In this document: one piece after another, positions 19,940 to 28,058 of the stretch
Numbering within the stretch: position 1 is the stretch's first letter
How the letters are laid out: each line of letters begins with the position of its first letter
Source of the DNA: Caldimonas sp. KR1-144
Lineage (GTDB): Bacteria > Pseudomonadota > Gammaproteobacteria > Burkholderiales > Burkholderiaceae_C
Assembly (NCBI RefSeq): GCF_049446155.1
Contig: NZ_JBMSEE010000005.1
Span: forward strand, 140,315 to 204,314
Direction of reading: 5' to 3'
Length of the DNA stretch: 64,000 nt
The notes under the pieces: model-generated
The model's input: the letters and a program-made list of their open reading frames with translations, nothing else
Databases searched by the model: none
What the model was told of the DNA's origin: nothing
Translations under genes and position numbers: made by a program

Positions 19940-20896
19940 AAGGTAGTACCGGCCGACCTGCCCGGCGGCTTCACGCGCAAGCAGCTGAACGGGCGCGCCT
20001 ACGTCTACTACCAGCGCAAGGACCCGGCGGGGCGGCCGATCCAGCAGTACGTCGGCCCCGACGACGAGGTCACGCGCCGGCTGATGGCGGCGGCGAACGA
20101 CGAGTCCGCGGCTCGGGCCCGCGAGCATCTGCGCGGCCTGGTCGGCGCGGCCGAGGCGCTGGGCTGCTACACGGTGGTGCCGAAGCACTTCCGCGTGCTG
20201 CAACGGCTGGCCGACCACGGCGTCTTCGCCGCCGGCGCGATCGTCGTCGGCACACATGCCTTCCTGGGCTACCAGAACCTGCTCGGCGTGCGCTGGGCCG
20301 ACGCCGGCAGCACGGTGGACCTCGACTTCGCCGATCCAGGACGCAATGTCTCGCTGGCGCTCGCGCCCGACGCCCGGGTCGATGCGCACTCGGCGGTCGA
20401 CTCGCTGCGCATGGGCTTCGTGCCGGTCAAACAGGGCACGCGCTACGTCAAGCCCGACGAGCCCGACTTCGATCTCGACTGGCTGACCGTTCGCACGCGC
20501 CAGGGCGACGCGCCCGTGCGCTGCGAGGCGCTGAACGTGTGGCTCCAGCCGCTGCGCTTCATGGAGCTCTCGCTGGAGGCGCCAGTGCCGGCCGCGCTGA
20601 TGAGCAGCAGCGCCGCGGTCGTGGTCAACCTGCCGCGTCCCGAGGTCTATGCCGTCCACAAGCTGCTGGTGCTGACCGAACGCAGCGACGACCAGGCCTC
20701 GAAGGCGCGCAAGGATCTCGCGCAGGCCGCCGCGCTGCTCGCCTGCTTCGTCGAGCGCGACCCCGACGCACTGCGCGAGGTCCTGCACGCCACGCGCGAG
20801 CGCGGGCCGGCCTGGCGCAGCGGATTGGACAAGGGCCTCAGGCGGCTGCGCGGACCGTACGCCGACGTGCATCGTGCCATCGAGGCGCTGGCGTGA
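19940..20896 (+). pseudogene. nucleotidyltransferase-fold protein (GSU2403-like), apparently 5'-truncated
   Basis: Frame is open and strongly coding-like (46/48 GC3) from 19940, but the first ATG is at 20084. It is preceded by an anomalous low-GC 38-bp stretch (19902-19939) directly after the MFS stop. There is no start codon or RBS for the upstream 48 codons. Confidence 0.5.
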
Positions 20897-21760
20897 CTAC
20901 GGTCGCGTCGCCTCGCGCAGCAGCCACGCCCGAAACGCCCCCATCGCCGCACTCGGCGCGCGCGACTTCAGCCGCGTGAGCCAGTAGCGCCCGAGCGAGA
21001 CGCCGAGCGCGAAGGGCTGCACCAGCCGCTCGTGCCGCAGCGACTCGCCGAACAGCGCGGCGGGCAGCAGCGCGACGCCGGCGCCTTGCTCGGCGGCCGC
21101 GGCCATCACGATCGACGCATCGAACACCGGGCCGCGCAGCAGCGGCGCGGGCACGCCGGCGATGGCGAACCAGCGCGGCCATTCGTCGGCGCGGTAGGAG
21201 CGCAGCAGCGTCTCGCGCGCCAGGTCGGCCGGCACGCGCAGGCGCTGCGCGATCGCGGGCGCGCACATCGGCGACAGCTGGGCCTCGAACAGCGGTTCGG
21301 CCTCGGTGCCGTGCCAGGCCCCGTCGCCGAAGCGGATCGCGCCGTCCAGGCCTTCGGCCGCGAGGTCGACGCGGTTGTTGTGGGTCAGCAGGCGCAGGTC
21401 GACGAAGGGGTGCTCGAGGCGAAACGCCTCCAGCCGCGGCAGCAGCCAGCCGACCGCGAAGGTGCCGACCGCCGCGATCGTCAGCACCTCGCGATGCAAG
21501 CCGCCCTGGAAGCGCTCGAGCGCCGCACCGATGCGCTCGAAACTGTGGCTGAGCACCGGCAGCAGCGCCGTGCCTTCGTCGGTGAGCGCGAGGCCGCGCG
21601 GCAGGCGGCGAAACAGCGGCGCGCCCAGGCGCTCCTCGAGGTTCTTGACCTGGGCGCTCACGGCGTTGGGCGTCACGCTGAGTTCGTTGGCGGCGCGCGC
21701 GAAGCTCAAGTGGCGAGCGGCGGCCTCGAAGGCGCGCAGGGCATTCAGCGGCAAGGACAT
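20897..21760 (-). CDS. LysR-family transcriptional regulator (AmpR-like, divergent from beta-lactamase)
   Basis: MSLPLNALRAFEAAARHLSFARAANELSVTPNAVSAQVKNLEERLG (GcvA/AmpR-type HTH). Divergently oriented to the bla gene. Confidence 0.85.
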   Translation of the reverse strand: MSLPLNALRAFEAAARHLSFARAANELSVTPNAVSAQVKNLEERLGAPLFRRLPRGLALTDEGTALLPVLSHSFERIGAALERFQGGLHREVLTIAAVGTFAVGWLLPRLEAFRLEHPFVDLRLLTHNNRVDLAAEGLDGAIRFGDGAWHGTEAEPLFEAQLSPMCAPAIAQRLRVPADLARETLLRSYRADEWPRWFAIAGVPAPLLRGPVFDASIVMAAAAEQGAGVALLPAALFGESLRHERLVQPFALGVSLGRYWLTRLKSRAPSAAMGAFRAWLLREATRP

Positions 21761-21849
21761 CCCTCAGATTATCTTGGGCCAGACCGTCGAAATCAGCGTT
21801 TGTGCGAGTGCTGCGCCGCCCCTATCGTGCGCGCCACGGTGCACCGGCC

Positions 21850-21865
21850 TTCACCTTGAATCCAC
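21850..21865 (+). promoter_or_regulatory. cre-tag-like direct repeat TTCAC-N6-TCCAC in bla promoter region
   Basis: ttcaccttgaatccac lies 26-41 nt upstream of the bla ATG. The CreB consensus is TTCACnnnnnnTTCAC; this has one mismatch. Confidence 0.3.
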
Positions 21866-21890
21866 CTCGAAACACCTGGAGATCCCGACG

Positions 21891-22760
21891 ATGAACCGAC
21901 GCCAGTTCGGCGGCACGCTGGCCGCCCTCGCGGCACCCTGGCCCTGGGCCTGGGCCCAGAATTCCTTGGCGAACCCGGCCGAAGACTGGGCCGCGATCGA
22001 GCGCCGCGCCGAGGCGCGCCTGGGCGTGGCGGTGCTCGACACCGCGACCGGTGCGCTCGACGGCCACCGGCTCGACGAGCGCTTTGCGATGTGCAGCACC
22101 TTCAAGTGGCTCGCGGCCGCGCTGGTGCTGCGCCGCGTCGACCAGGGCCAGGAGCGGCTCGATCGCCGCGTGCGTGTCCAGCGTTCGGACCTGCTGAGCT
22201 ACTCGCCGGTGACCGAAAAGCGCGTCGGCGGGGCCGGCATGACGGTGGCCGAGCTGTGCGAGGCCGCGGTCGCGGCAAGCGACAACGCGGCGGCCAACCT
22301 GCTGCTCGCGAGCTTCGGCGGCCCGGCCGCGCTGACGCGCTTCGCACGCACGCTGGGCGACGACAAGACGCGGCTCGACCGCATCGAGCCCGCGCTCAAC
22401 GAGTCGCGCCCCGGCGACGAGCGCGACACCACGACGCCGCGCGCGATGGCCCACTCGCTGCGCACCGCCGCGCTGGGCGATGCGCTGTCGGGCGCCAGCC
22501 GCGCCCAGCTCGTGCGCTGGCTGCAGGCCACGGTGACCGGCACCGAACGGCTGCGTGCCGGCTTGCCCGACGACTGGCGCATCGGCCACAAGACCGGCAC
22601 CGGCGAGCGCGGCTCGACCAACGACGTGGCGGTGCTGTGGCCGCCGCGGCGCGCGCCGATCGTCGTGGCGGCCTACCTGACCGACAGCGAGGCGCCCTTT
22701 GCGCGGCGCGAGGCGGCGCTCGCCGCGGTGGCGCGAAGCGTCGTCGCGCGCCTGGCGTGA
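21891..22760 (+). CDS. bla: class A beta-lactamase (Tat signal)
   Basis: MNRRQFGG twin-arginine signal. S-x-x-K (CSTFKW), SDN (SDNAAANLL), omega-loop E (EPALNE) and KTG (HKTGTG). Confidence 0.9.
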   Translation: MNRRQFGGTLAALAAPWPWAWAQNSLANPAEDWAAIERRAEARLGVAVLDTATGALDGHRLDERFAMCSTFKWLAAALVLRRVDQGQERLDRRVRVQRSDLLSYSPVTEKRVGGAGMTVAELCEAAVAASDNAAANLLLASFGGPAALTRFARTLGDDKTRLDRIEPALNESRPGDERDTTTPRAMAHSLRTAALGDALSGASRAQLVRWLQATVTGTERLRAGLPDDWRIGHKTGTGERGSTNDVAVLWPPRRAPIVVAAYLTDSEAPFARREAALAAVARSVVARLA

Positions 22761-22853
22761 TGCCGCCGCGCACCCGCTGCCGCGGCCAGTAGACTGCGCG
22801 GGCGCCGTGCGGTTCGGCGCCCACGACAAGCAGTTCAGGAGGAGCCCGTCACG

Positions 22854-23153
22854 ATGTTCGGACGACTGGCCAGGTATTGCGTGCTGGCAGGCTTGGCACT
22901 GCCGATGATGGATGCCTTCGTCAAGGCGGCGACGCTGCCGTGGGTGCTGCGGCCCGCGATCGTGGCGTGGTACGCCGCCGCGCTGCTGTTTCCGCTGCAC
23001 TGGCTGAGCGGCGGGCGCATCGTCAGCGCCACCGGCACCTCGGGCCGGCGCGACGACCCGTTCGGCTTCTGGCTCGGCGTGGCGACCTACACCGCCACGC
23101 TGTGGATGCTCGCGATCGTGATGAACTGGGCGCTGGGAGCGCGGCTGGGGTGA
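22854..23153 (+). CDS. small membrane protein (99 aa) preceding creB
   Basis: AGGAGGAG SD. Three hydrophobic helices. Stop overlaps the creB GTG. Confidence 0.5.
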   Translation: MFGRLARYCVLAGLALPMMDAFVKAATLPWVLRPAIVAWYAAALLFPLHWLSGGRIVSATGTSGRRDDPFGFWLGVATYTATLWMLAIVMNWALGARLG

Positions 23154-23857
23154 GTGCGCCGGCGGTCCTCCTGCTCGAGGACGACCCGGCGATCGCCGCG
23201 ACCGCGGCCTTTGCGTTGCGCCGCGAAGGCTGGGCCGTGACCCAGGTGCTGCTGGTGCGCGAGGCCGAGCGGCTGATCCGCGCCGAGCCGCCGGCCGTGG
23301 CCATCTTCGACATCGGCCTGCCCGACGGCAGCGGGCTCGAGCTGTGCCGCAGGCTGCGCCAGGATGCCGATCCGCGCCTCGCCGCGCTGCCGCTCCTGAT
23401 GCTCAGCGCGCGCAGCGAGGAGATCGACCGCGTGCTCGGCCTTGAGCTCGGCGCCGACGACTACATGGCCAAGCCCTTCAGCCCGCGCGAGCTGGTGGCG
23501 CGCGTGCGCGCGCTGCTGCGCCGCGCGGCGCTCGCGCCGGCCGCCGCGCCGCCGCCGGCCTCGCCGTTCGAGCTCGACGAGGCCGGCATGCGCATCCGCT
23601 ACGCCGGCCGCTGGCTCGCGCTGACGCGCCTCGAATACGGCCTGCTGCGTGCGCTGCTCGCGGCGCCGACGCGCATCCACAGCCGCGAGTCGCTGCTGCG
23701 CGCCGTCTGGGGCGAGGCCAGCGACGCCAGCGACCGCACCGTCGACACCCACGTGAAGACGCTGCGCGCGAAGCTGCGCGAAGTCACGCCGGGCCGCGAC
23801 CCGATCGCCACCTACCGCGGCCAGGGCTACGGCATCGCCGACGATTCGCGCGGCTGA
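23150..23857 (+). CDS. creB: OmpR-family response regulator, CreB-like
   Basis: REC domain (LLLEDDPAIA...D...LPDGSGLEL) plus winged-helix trans_reg_C (TVDTHVKTLRAKL). Followed by CreC-like and CreD genes. Confidence 0.8.
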   Translation: MSAPAVLLLEDDPAIAATAAFALRREGWAVTQVLLVREAERLIRAEPPAVAIFDIGLPDGSGLELCRRLRQDADPRLAALPLLMLSARSEEIDRVLGLELGADDYMAKPFSPRELVARVRALLRRAALAPAAAPPPASPFELDEAGMRIRYAGRWLALTRLEYGLLRALLAAPTRIHSRESLLRAVWGEASDASDRTVDTHVKTLRAKLREVTPGRDPIATYRGQGYGIADDSRG

Positions 23858-23867
23858 GATCACGGCC

Positions 23868-25304
23868 ATGCACCTGGGCCTGCGGCTGCTGTTCGGCTTC
23901 TTCGTCGTCACCGGCATCGCGGCCTGGTTCGTGCTGCGCGTCTTCGTCGCCGAGATCCGGCCGAGCGCGCGCGACGTCACCGAGGACGTGCTGATCGACA
24001 GCGCCAACCTGCTCGCCGAACAGGCCGCGCCCGACCTGCGCGCGATGCCCGCCGGCGGCACGCTCGAAGGCACGCGCTTCGCGCAAAGCGTTGCCGCCTA
24101 CGCGGCGCGGCCGATCGATGCGCAGATCTGGGGGCTGCGCAAGCAGACGCTGGACTTTCGCGTCTACGTGACCGATGCGGCGGGCCGCGTCGTGTTCGAC
24201 TCCGGCCCGCGCCCCGAGCTCGGCGCCGACTACTCGCGCTGGCGCGACGTCGCGCGCACGCTGCGTGGCGAGTACGGCGCGCGCGCGACGCGCGTGGTGC
24301 CCAGCGACGACAGCAGCTCGGTGATGTACGTCGCCGCGCCGGTCACCGACGGCGATCGCGTGCTGGGCGTGCTGACGATCGCCAAGCCGCAGTCCACGGT
24401 GCACCGCTTCATCGAGCGCGCCGAGCGCAAGGTCATGGCGGCCGGCGCCTGGCTGCTGGTGTTGTCGCTGGCGGTCGGCGTCGCGGTGACGCTGTGGACC
24501 GTGCACTCGGTGCGCCGCCTGCGCCGCTATGCGCAGCAGGCCAGCGAAGGCGAGCGCCTGCCGGTGCCGGCGCTGCCCGGCGAGCTGGGCGAGCTGGCGC
24601 AGGCGATGGGCGAGATGCGCGATCGCCTCGACGGCCGCCACGAGGTCGAGCAGACGATGCGCGCGCTGACGCACGAGCTCAAGAGCCCGCTGACGGCGAT
24701 CGGTGCCGCCGCCGAGCTGCTGCACGACGATCTGCCGCGCGCCGACCGCGAGCGCTTCGCGGGCCAGATCGGCGAACAGGTGCAGCGCCTGCGCGCGATG
24801 GTCGAGCGCCTGCTGGAGCTGTCCAAGCTCGAGAGCCTGCGCGCGCCCGAGCATCCGGTCGAGCTGTCGCTGGCCGCACTGCTGCGCGCGCAGCTGCAGG
24901 CGCAGTCGGCGTCGCTGGCGCAGCGCGGGCTCGTCGTGCGCTGGCTCGCCGACGAACCGGCCACGGTGCGTGGCGACGCCGAACGGCTGTCGCTGGCGAT
25001 CTCGAACCTGCTGGCCAATGCGCTGGCCTTCGCGCCGGAGGGTTCGGCGCTGGAGGTCGCGGTGCGGCGGCAGGCGAACGACGTGCATCTGGAGCTGCGC
25101 GACCACGGTCCGGGCGTGCCGGACTACGCGCTGCCGCAGCTCGGACGGCGCTTCTTCTCGCTGCCGCGGCCGTCCGACGGCGGCAAGGGCAACGGCCTGG
25201 GGCTGGCGATCGCGGCCCAGGTCGCCGCGCTGCACGGCGGGCGCCTCGTGTTCGAGCCCGAACAGCCCGGCCTGCGCGTGCGCTTCGTGCTGCCCGCCGC
25301 GTGA
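23868..25304 (+). CDS. creC: sensor histidine kinase, CreC-like
   Basis: N-terminus MHLGLRLLFGFFVVTGIAAWFVLRVFVAEIRP resembles E. coli CreC. H-box HELKSPLTAI and HATPase motifs are present. Confidence 0.8.
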   Translation: MHLGLRLLFGFFVVTGIAAWFVLRVFVAEIRPSARDVTEDVLIDSANLLAEQAAPDLRAMPAGGTLEGTRFAQSVAAYAARPIDAQIWGLRKQTLDFRVYVTDAAGRVVFDSGPRPELGADYSRWRDVARTLRGEYGARATRVVPSDDSSSVMYVAAPVTDGDRVLGVLTIAKPQSTVHRFIERAERKVMAAGAWLLVLSLAVGVAVTLWTVHSVRRLRRYAQQASEGERLPVPALPGELGELAQAMGEMRDRLDGRHEVEQTMRALTHELKSPLTAIGAAAELLHDDLPRADRERFAGQIGEQVQRLRAMVERLLELSKLESLRAPEHPVELSLAALLRAQLQAQSASLAQRGLVVRWLADEPATVRGDAERLSLAISNLLANALAFAPEGSALEVAVRRQANDVHLELRDHGPGVPDYALPQLGRRFFSLPRPSDGGKGNGLGLAIAAQVAALHGGRLVFEPEQPGLRVRFVLPAA

Positions 25305-25403
25305 ACCCGTGCCGGCTTCACGCCGGCTTCACACAGCCCATCGTCGCCGCACATGCGGCGCCGAGCATGCACGCCATCGAAACAACGCGAGGCGAGGTGT
25401 GCG

Positions 25404-26858
25404 ATGCGGTTTCCCTTGTTGTCCAAGACCCTGGCGATCGGCGCCGTCGTGCTCCTGCTGTGCCTCGTGCTGGCGCGCATCGATTCGCTGGTGGCCGAGC
25501 GCAGCGCGCGGCAGGAGGAAGCGCGACGCAGCGTCGAGCAGTCGATGGCCGGCGCGCAGGTGCTGATGGGGCCGCTGCTGCTGCGCCACTGCACCGAGGA
25601 GTGGGAGTTCACGCAAGGCGAGGGCAGGGACCGCCGGGTCGTGGCCGACAAGCGCAGCTTCACGCTGACCAGCGCGCCGCAGACGCTGGCGGTCGACGGC
25701 GAGGCACGCGCCGATGCGCGCTATCGCGGGCTCTTCAAGGTCAACGGCTATGCCGGCCCGATCGAGCTGGAGGCGCGCTGGGCATCGCTGTCCGAGCTGC
25801 AGCCGCGCGCCGAACACGCCAACGGCCGGCTGCAGTGCGAGCCGGCGGTGGTGATGCTGTCGGTCAGCGACGTGCGCGGCCTGCGCTCGGCGCGCGTGCG
25901 CATCGACGGCGAAACGACGCCGGTGGAGCCCGGCACCGGCCACCCGGCCTATCCGCGCGGCCTGCACGCCGTGCTGTCCGAGGCGCGCCTCGAGCGCGCG
26001 AACGAGCCGCTGGCCGTGAAGCTGTCGATCGACCTGCTCGGCACGGTGCGGCTGTCGCTGGTGCCGGCGGCGGGCGAGACGCGCTGGTCGCTGCGCTCGG
26101 ACTGGCCGCACCCCTCGTTCGGCGGCCGCTTCCTGCCGGCCACGCGCGAGGTGAGCGAAAGCGGCTTCGCGGCGCAGTGGTCGGTCAGCTCGCTGGCCAG
26201 CTCGGCGGCGAAGGACGTCCAGCACGGCGGCGTGTTCTGCAGCGCGCCCCCGAGCGACGAGTTGGGCTATGCCGCGGTCGCACGCGCGGCCACGGCCTCG
26301 ACCCAGCCGGCCCAGCCTTGCCTCGACCTGCTCAGCGTCGACTTCATCGACCCGATCAACCCCTACGTGCTGACCGACCGCGCGACCAAGTACGCACTGC
26401 TGTTCATCGCGCTGACCTTCGCCGGCGTCGCGCTGGTCGAGGTGCTGGCGCGCCGGCGGGTGCATCCGGTGCAGTACGCGCTGGTCGGCATGGCGCTGGC
26501 GCTGTTTTACCTGCTGCTGCTGAGCCTGTCGGAGCACATGGGCTTCGGCGCGGCCTATGCGCTGGCGGCCAGCGCCTGCGTCGCGCTGCTGGGCTTCTAT
26601 GCCTCTCACATGCTCGGCCGGCGTGCGGCCGGCGCAGCGTTCGGCCTCGGCGCTGCCGCGCTGTACGGCCTCCTGTGGGTGCTGCTGCGCATGGAGCAGA
26701 CGGCACTGGTGATCGGCTCGGTGATGCTGTTCGCGGCGCTCGCGGCGGTAATGGTGCTGACGCGGCGCATCGACTGGTACGCGCTGGTCGACAGTTGGCG
26801 CGCCGACCCAGCCGGCGCGGCGAAGACCCGCACTGCGGCGCAGCCGCCACAAGCCTGA
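25404..26858 (+). CDS. creD: cell envelope integrity inner-membrane protein CreD
   Basis: VAERSARQEEARRSVEQSMAGAQVLMGPLL parallels the E. coli CreD N-terminal region. C-terminal multi-TM domain. Confidence 0.8.
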   Translation: MRFPLLSKTLAIGAVVLLLCLVLARIDSLVAERSARQEEARRSVEQSMAGAQVLMGPLLLRHCTEEWEFTQGEGRDRRVVADKRSFTLTSAPQTLAVDGEARADARYRGLFKVNGYAGPIELEARWASLSELQPRAEHANGRLQCEPAVVMLSVSDVRGLRSARVRIDGETTPVEPGTGHPAYPRGLHAVLSEARLERANEPLAVKLSIDLLGTVRLSLVPAAGETRWSLRSDWPHPSFGGRFLPATREVSESGFAAQWSVSSLASSAAKDVQHGGVFCSAPPSDELGYAAVARAATASTQPAQPCLDLLSVDFIDPINPYVLTDRATKYALLFIALTFAGVALVEVLARRRVHPVQYALVGMALALFYLLLLSLSEHMGFGAAYALAASACVALLGFYASHMLGRRAAGAAFGLGAAALYGLLWVLLRMEQTALVIGSVMLFAALAAVMVLTRRIDWYALVDSWRADPAGAAKTRTAAQPPQA

Positions 26859-26881
26859 GCCCGGTGGGCGGGGGGCGGTTG

Positions 26882-26901
26882 ATTTCTGTCTTGACAGAAA
26901 T
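26882..26901 (+). promoter_or_regulatory. perfect 9-2-9 inverted repeat ATTTCTGTC-TT-GACAGAAAT overlapping a TTGACA -35-like hexamer; putative autoregulatory operator
   Basis: Seen directly. Located 25 nt upstream of the regulator ATG. Confidence 0.45.
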
Positions 26902-26925
26902 TGGAGGCGAGATCATGCTGAACTC

Positions 26926-27504
26926 ATGGACCTCTCACCGACCCTCTCCCGCTTCGTCCTGCACTGGGGCGAGATGGGCACCCGCTGGGGCGTCAATCGC
27001 ACCGTGGCGCAGATCCATGCGCTGCTCTACATCAGCGGCCGTCCGATGCACGCCGAGGAGATCGCCGACACGCTGGGCGTCGCGCGTTCCAACGTCAGCA
27101 ACAGCATTCGCGAGCTGCAGAGCTGGAGCCTGGTGCGGCTGGTGCACATCCCGGGCGACCGGCGCGACCACTTCGAGACTTCGAAGCAGGTCTGGGAGTT
27201 AATGCGCACTATCGTTCGGGAGCGCCAACGCCGGGAGATACTGCCCACGATCGAGGTGCTGCGCGAGGTCTTGTCCGACCCGGCGATCAGCCGCGATCCG
27301 GCCGAAGCCAAGCTGCGCATGCAAGAGACGCTGGAGCTGCTCGAGACGCTGACGGCCTGGAGCGACGAGATGCTCAAGCTCGACACGGAAACCCTGACCA
27401 AGGTGCTCCGTCTGGGCGCCAAGATCAAGAAGCTGCTCGGCCGCGGCGAGGCGACTGTCAGCGACGGCGCCTCGGTCACCGCCGCCCACCTGCTGGGGCC
27501 CTGA
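26926..27504 (+). CDS. GbsR/MarR-type HTH transcriptional regulator
   Basis: WGVNRTVAQIHALLYISGRPMHAEEIADTLGVARSNVSNSIRELQSWSLV winged helix, typical of the GbsR family. Confidence 0.75.
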   Translation: MDLSPTLSRFVLHWGEMGTRWGVNRTVAQIHALLYISGRPMHAEEIADTLGVARSNVSNSIRELQSWSLVRLVHIPGDRRDHFETSKQVWELMRTIVRERQRREILPTIEVLREVLSDPAISRDPAEAKLRMQETLELLETLTAWSDEMLKLDTETLTKVLRLGAKIKKLLGRGEATVSDGASVTAAHLLGP

Positions 27505-27505
27505 T

Positions 27506-27531
27506 CCGCGAGCGGCCTCTTTTTTTGACTA
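27506..27531 (+). terminator. possible intrinsic terminator (short GC stem + T7 run)
   Basis: ccgcgagcggcctcttttttt follows directly after the regulator stop. Confidence 0.3.
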
Positions 27532-27534
27532 CCC

Positions 27535-27554
27535 GTTTCTCTCTAGACAGAAAT
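27535..27554 (+). promoter_or_regulatory. second, imperfect copy of the 9-2-9 operator (GTTTCTCTC-TA-GACAGAAAT)
   Basis: Shares the GACAGAAAT arm with the site at 26882. Lies 13 nt upstream of the DCC-family gene. Confidence 0.35.
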
Positions 27555-27566
27555 AAAGGAAGCCAA

Positions 27567-28058
27567 ATGGACGCCCGCGACGACGCGCTGACCCTGCTCT
27601 ACGACGCGGCCTGTCCGGTCTGTTCGCTCGAGATGGACCACCTGCGCGAGCGCGACGCGGCCGGGCGGCTGCGCTTCGTCGACATCGCCGCGCCGGGCTT
27701 CGACGCCGCGGCCTGGGGCACGACGCGCGAAGCGCTGGACGCCGAGATCCACGGCTTTCGCGCCGACGGCAGCGTCGTGCGCGGCCTCGAGGCGCTGCGC
27801 CTGGCCTATGCCGCGGTCGGCCTGGGCCGGGTGCTGCGGCCCACCGGCTTCGGCCCGCTGAGGCCGATGGCCGACCTGGCCTACCGCGCCTTCGCACGGC
27901 ATCGGCGCGCGATCTCGCGCACCGCAGCGCCGCTGATCGACGCGTTGCGTGCGCGTCGGGCGCGCCGCGTGGCCGAGCGCATGTCGCGCTGCCGCGCCGG
28001 TGCGTGCGGCCTCGGCGGCGACGCAGCACGCTGCAACGGGAAGGGAGAAACATCGTGA
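27567..28058 (+). CDS. thiol-disulfide oxidoreductase DCC family (DUF393)
   Basis: N-terminal LLYDAACPVCSLEMDHL CxxC-type motif. 163 aa. Confidence 0.75.
   Translation: MDARDDALTLLYDAACPVCSLEMDHLRERDAAGRLRFVDIAAPGFDAAAWGTTREALDAEIHGFRADGSVVRGLEALRLAYAAVGLGRVLRPTGFGPLRPMADLAYRAFARHRRAISRTAAPLIDALRARRARRVAERMSRCRAGACGLGGDAARCNGKGETS

Noticed and set aside
22854-23153. Small ORF upstream of creB as CreA
   Set aside because: E. coli CreA is a ~157-aa periplasmic protein. This is a 99-aa polytopic membrane protein with no similarity, so it is called only as a hypothetical membrane protein.
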